From: Lingula anatina
Taxonomy: Eukaryota > Animalia > Brachiopoda
Direction: 5' to 3'
Assembly (NCBI GenBank): GCA_051362555.1
Contig: CM120647.1
Coordinates: 8,370,001-8,434,000 of the forward strand
DNA: 64,000 nt
Part shown: one piece after another, positions 63,574-64,000 of the stretch
How the letters are laid out: each line of letters starts with the position of its first letter
Position numbering within the stretch: the stretch's first letter is position 1
Position numbers and translations under genes: made by a program
The notes under the pieces: generated by a model
The model's database searches: none
What the model was told of the DNA's origin: nothing
What the model saw: the letters and a program-made list of their open reading frames with translations, nothing else

Positions 63574-63700
63574 TGTGGTATATCGACACCAAAATGTAAA
63601 AAATTAACGTGCCATTAGAAATTATCATTTCGTAACGCTGAGCTGTAAGACAGAAAGGTGAGTAAAACTTTTATTTTACAAATTTAACAGATTAAGTAGT
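63574..63700 (+). other. First non-coding exon of a probable second tandem paralog of the CARD-like gene (CDS outside the window)
   Basis: Diverged copy of 60763-60890 with an intact GTGAGT donor; upstream gtggcac..agataa..gccaagaca is also shared. Confidence 0.5.
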
Positions 63701-64000
63701 GCGAATTCTCTATAACAACAAATTAGGAAATAGGGAATAAAACACTAATATAAGGAATGTTTTATTTTTACTGAAAGTGGTACAAACTTCAGCAACATAT
63801 AACAAATTGATTCGCTATCGGTGCAAGTATCAGAGTTATTCATGTTTATCATTCTTATTCTACTCTATGGCTAATAACATTCGCTTACAATTCCTTCATA
63901 CAGACTTGACATTTAATATGGAATATTTCAGTTTCGAAGGTATACCTAGGTAAAAATGCGTTCTTTTTTAAAAAAACTCCGATCTCATATAAGATTTGTG

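Overview
AT-rich, microsatellite- and MITE-rich animal (invertebrate, probably lophotrochozoan) genomic DNA with spliceosomal GT-AG introns. I assembled two conserved genes by hand. One is a 5-coding-exon T-brain/Eomesodermin (Tbr1-subfamily) T-box gene on the minus strand (14587-30437, 724 aa). The other, head-to-head with it, is a 16-exon glutamate-cysteine ligase catalytic subunit gene (GCLC, plus strand, 37647-49637, 680 aa) with an ARE-like promoter motif. Less conserved content: a 4-exon gene for a small secreted 6-Cys protein (5533-8543) whose TGA is followed by 70 more open codons ending in a hydrophobic tail; a tandem pair of paralogous minus-strand orphan genes (about 52.0-57.9 kb; one with an intact large exon and an RFX X-box upstream, one decayed with a triplicated domain); and a CARD-like ORF (61325-61693) whose promoter/first exon is duplicated at the window end. 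The most distinctive pattern is that three separate GCLC exons are preceded by degenerate tandem copies of their own splice acceptor plus exon start. Several MITE families (TAA/TTA TSD; CAG..CTG ends with 5-bp TSD) are present. All calls come from reading the sequence; no database search was possible, and most ORFs in the supplied track are spurious.
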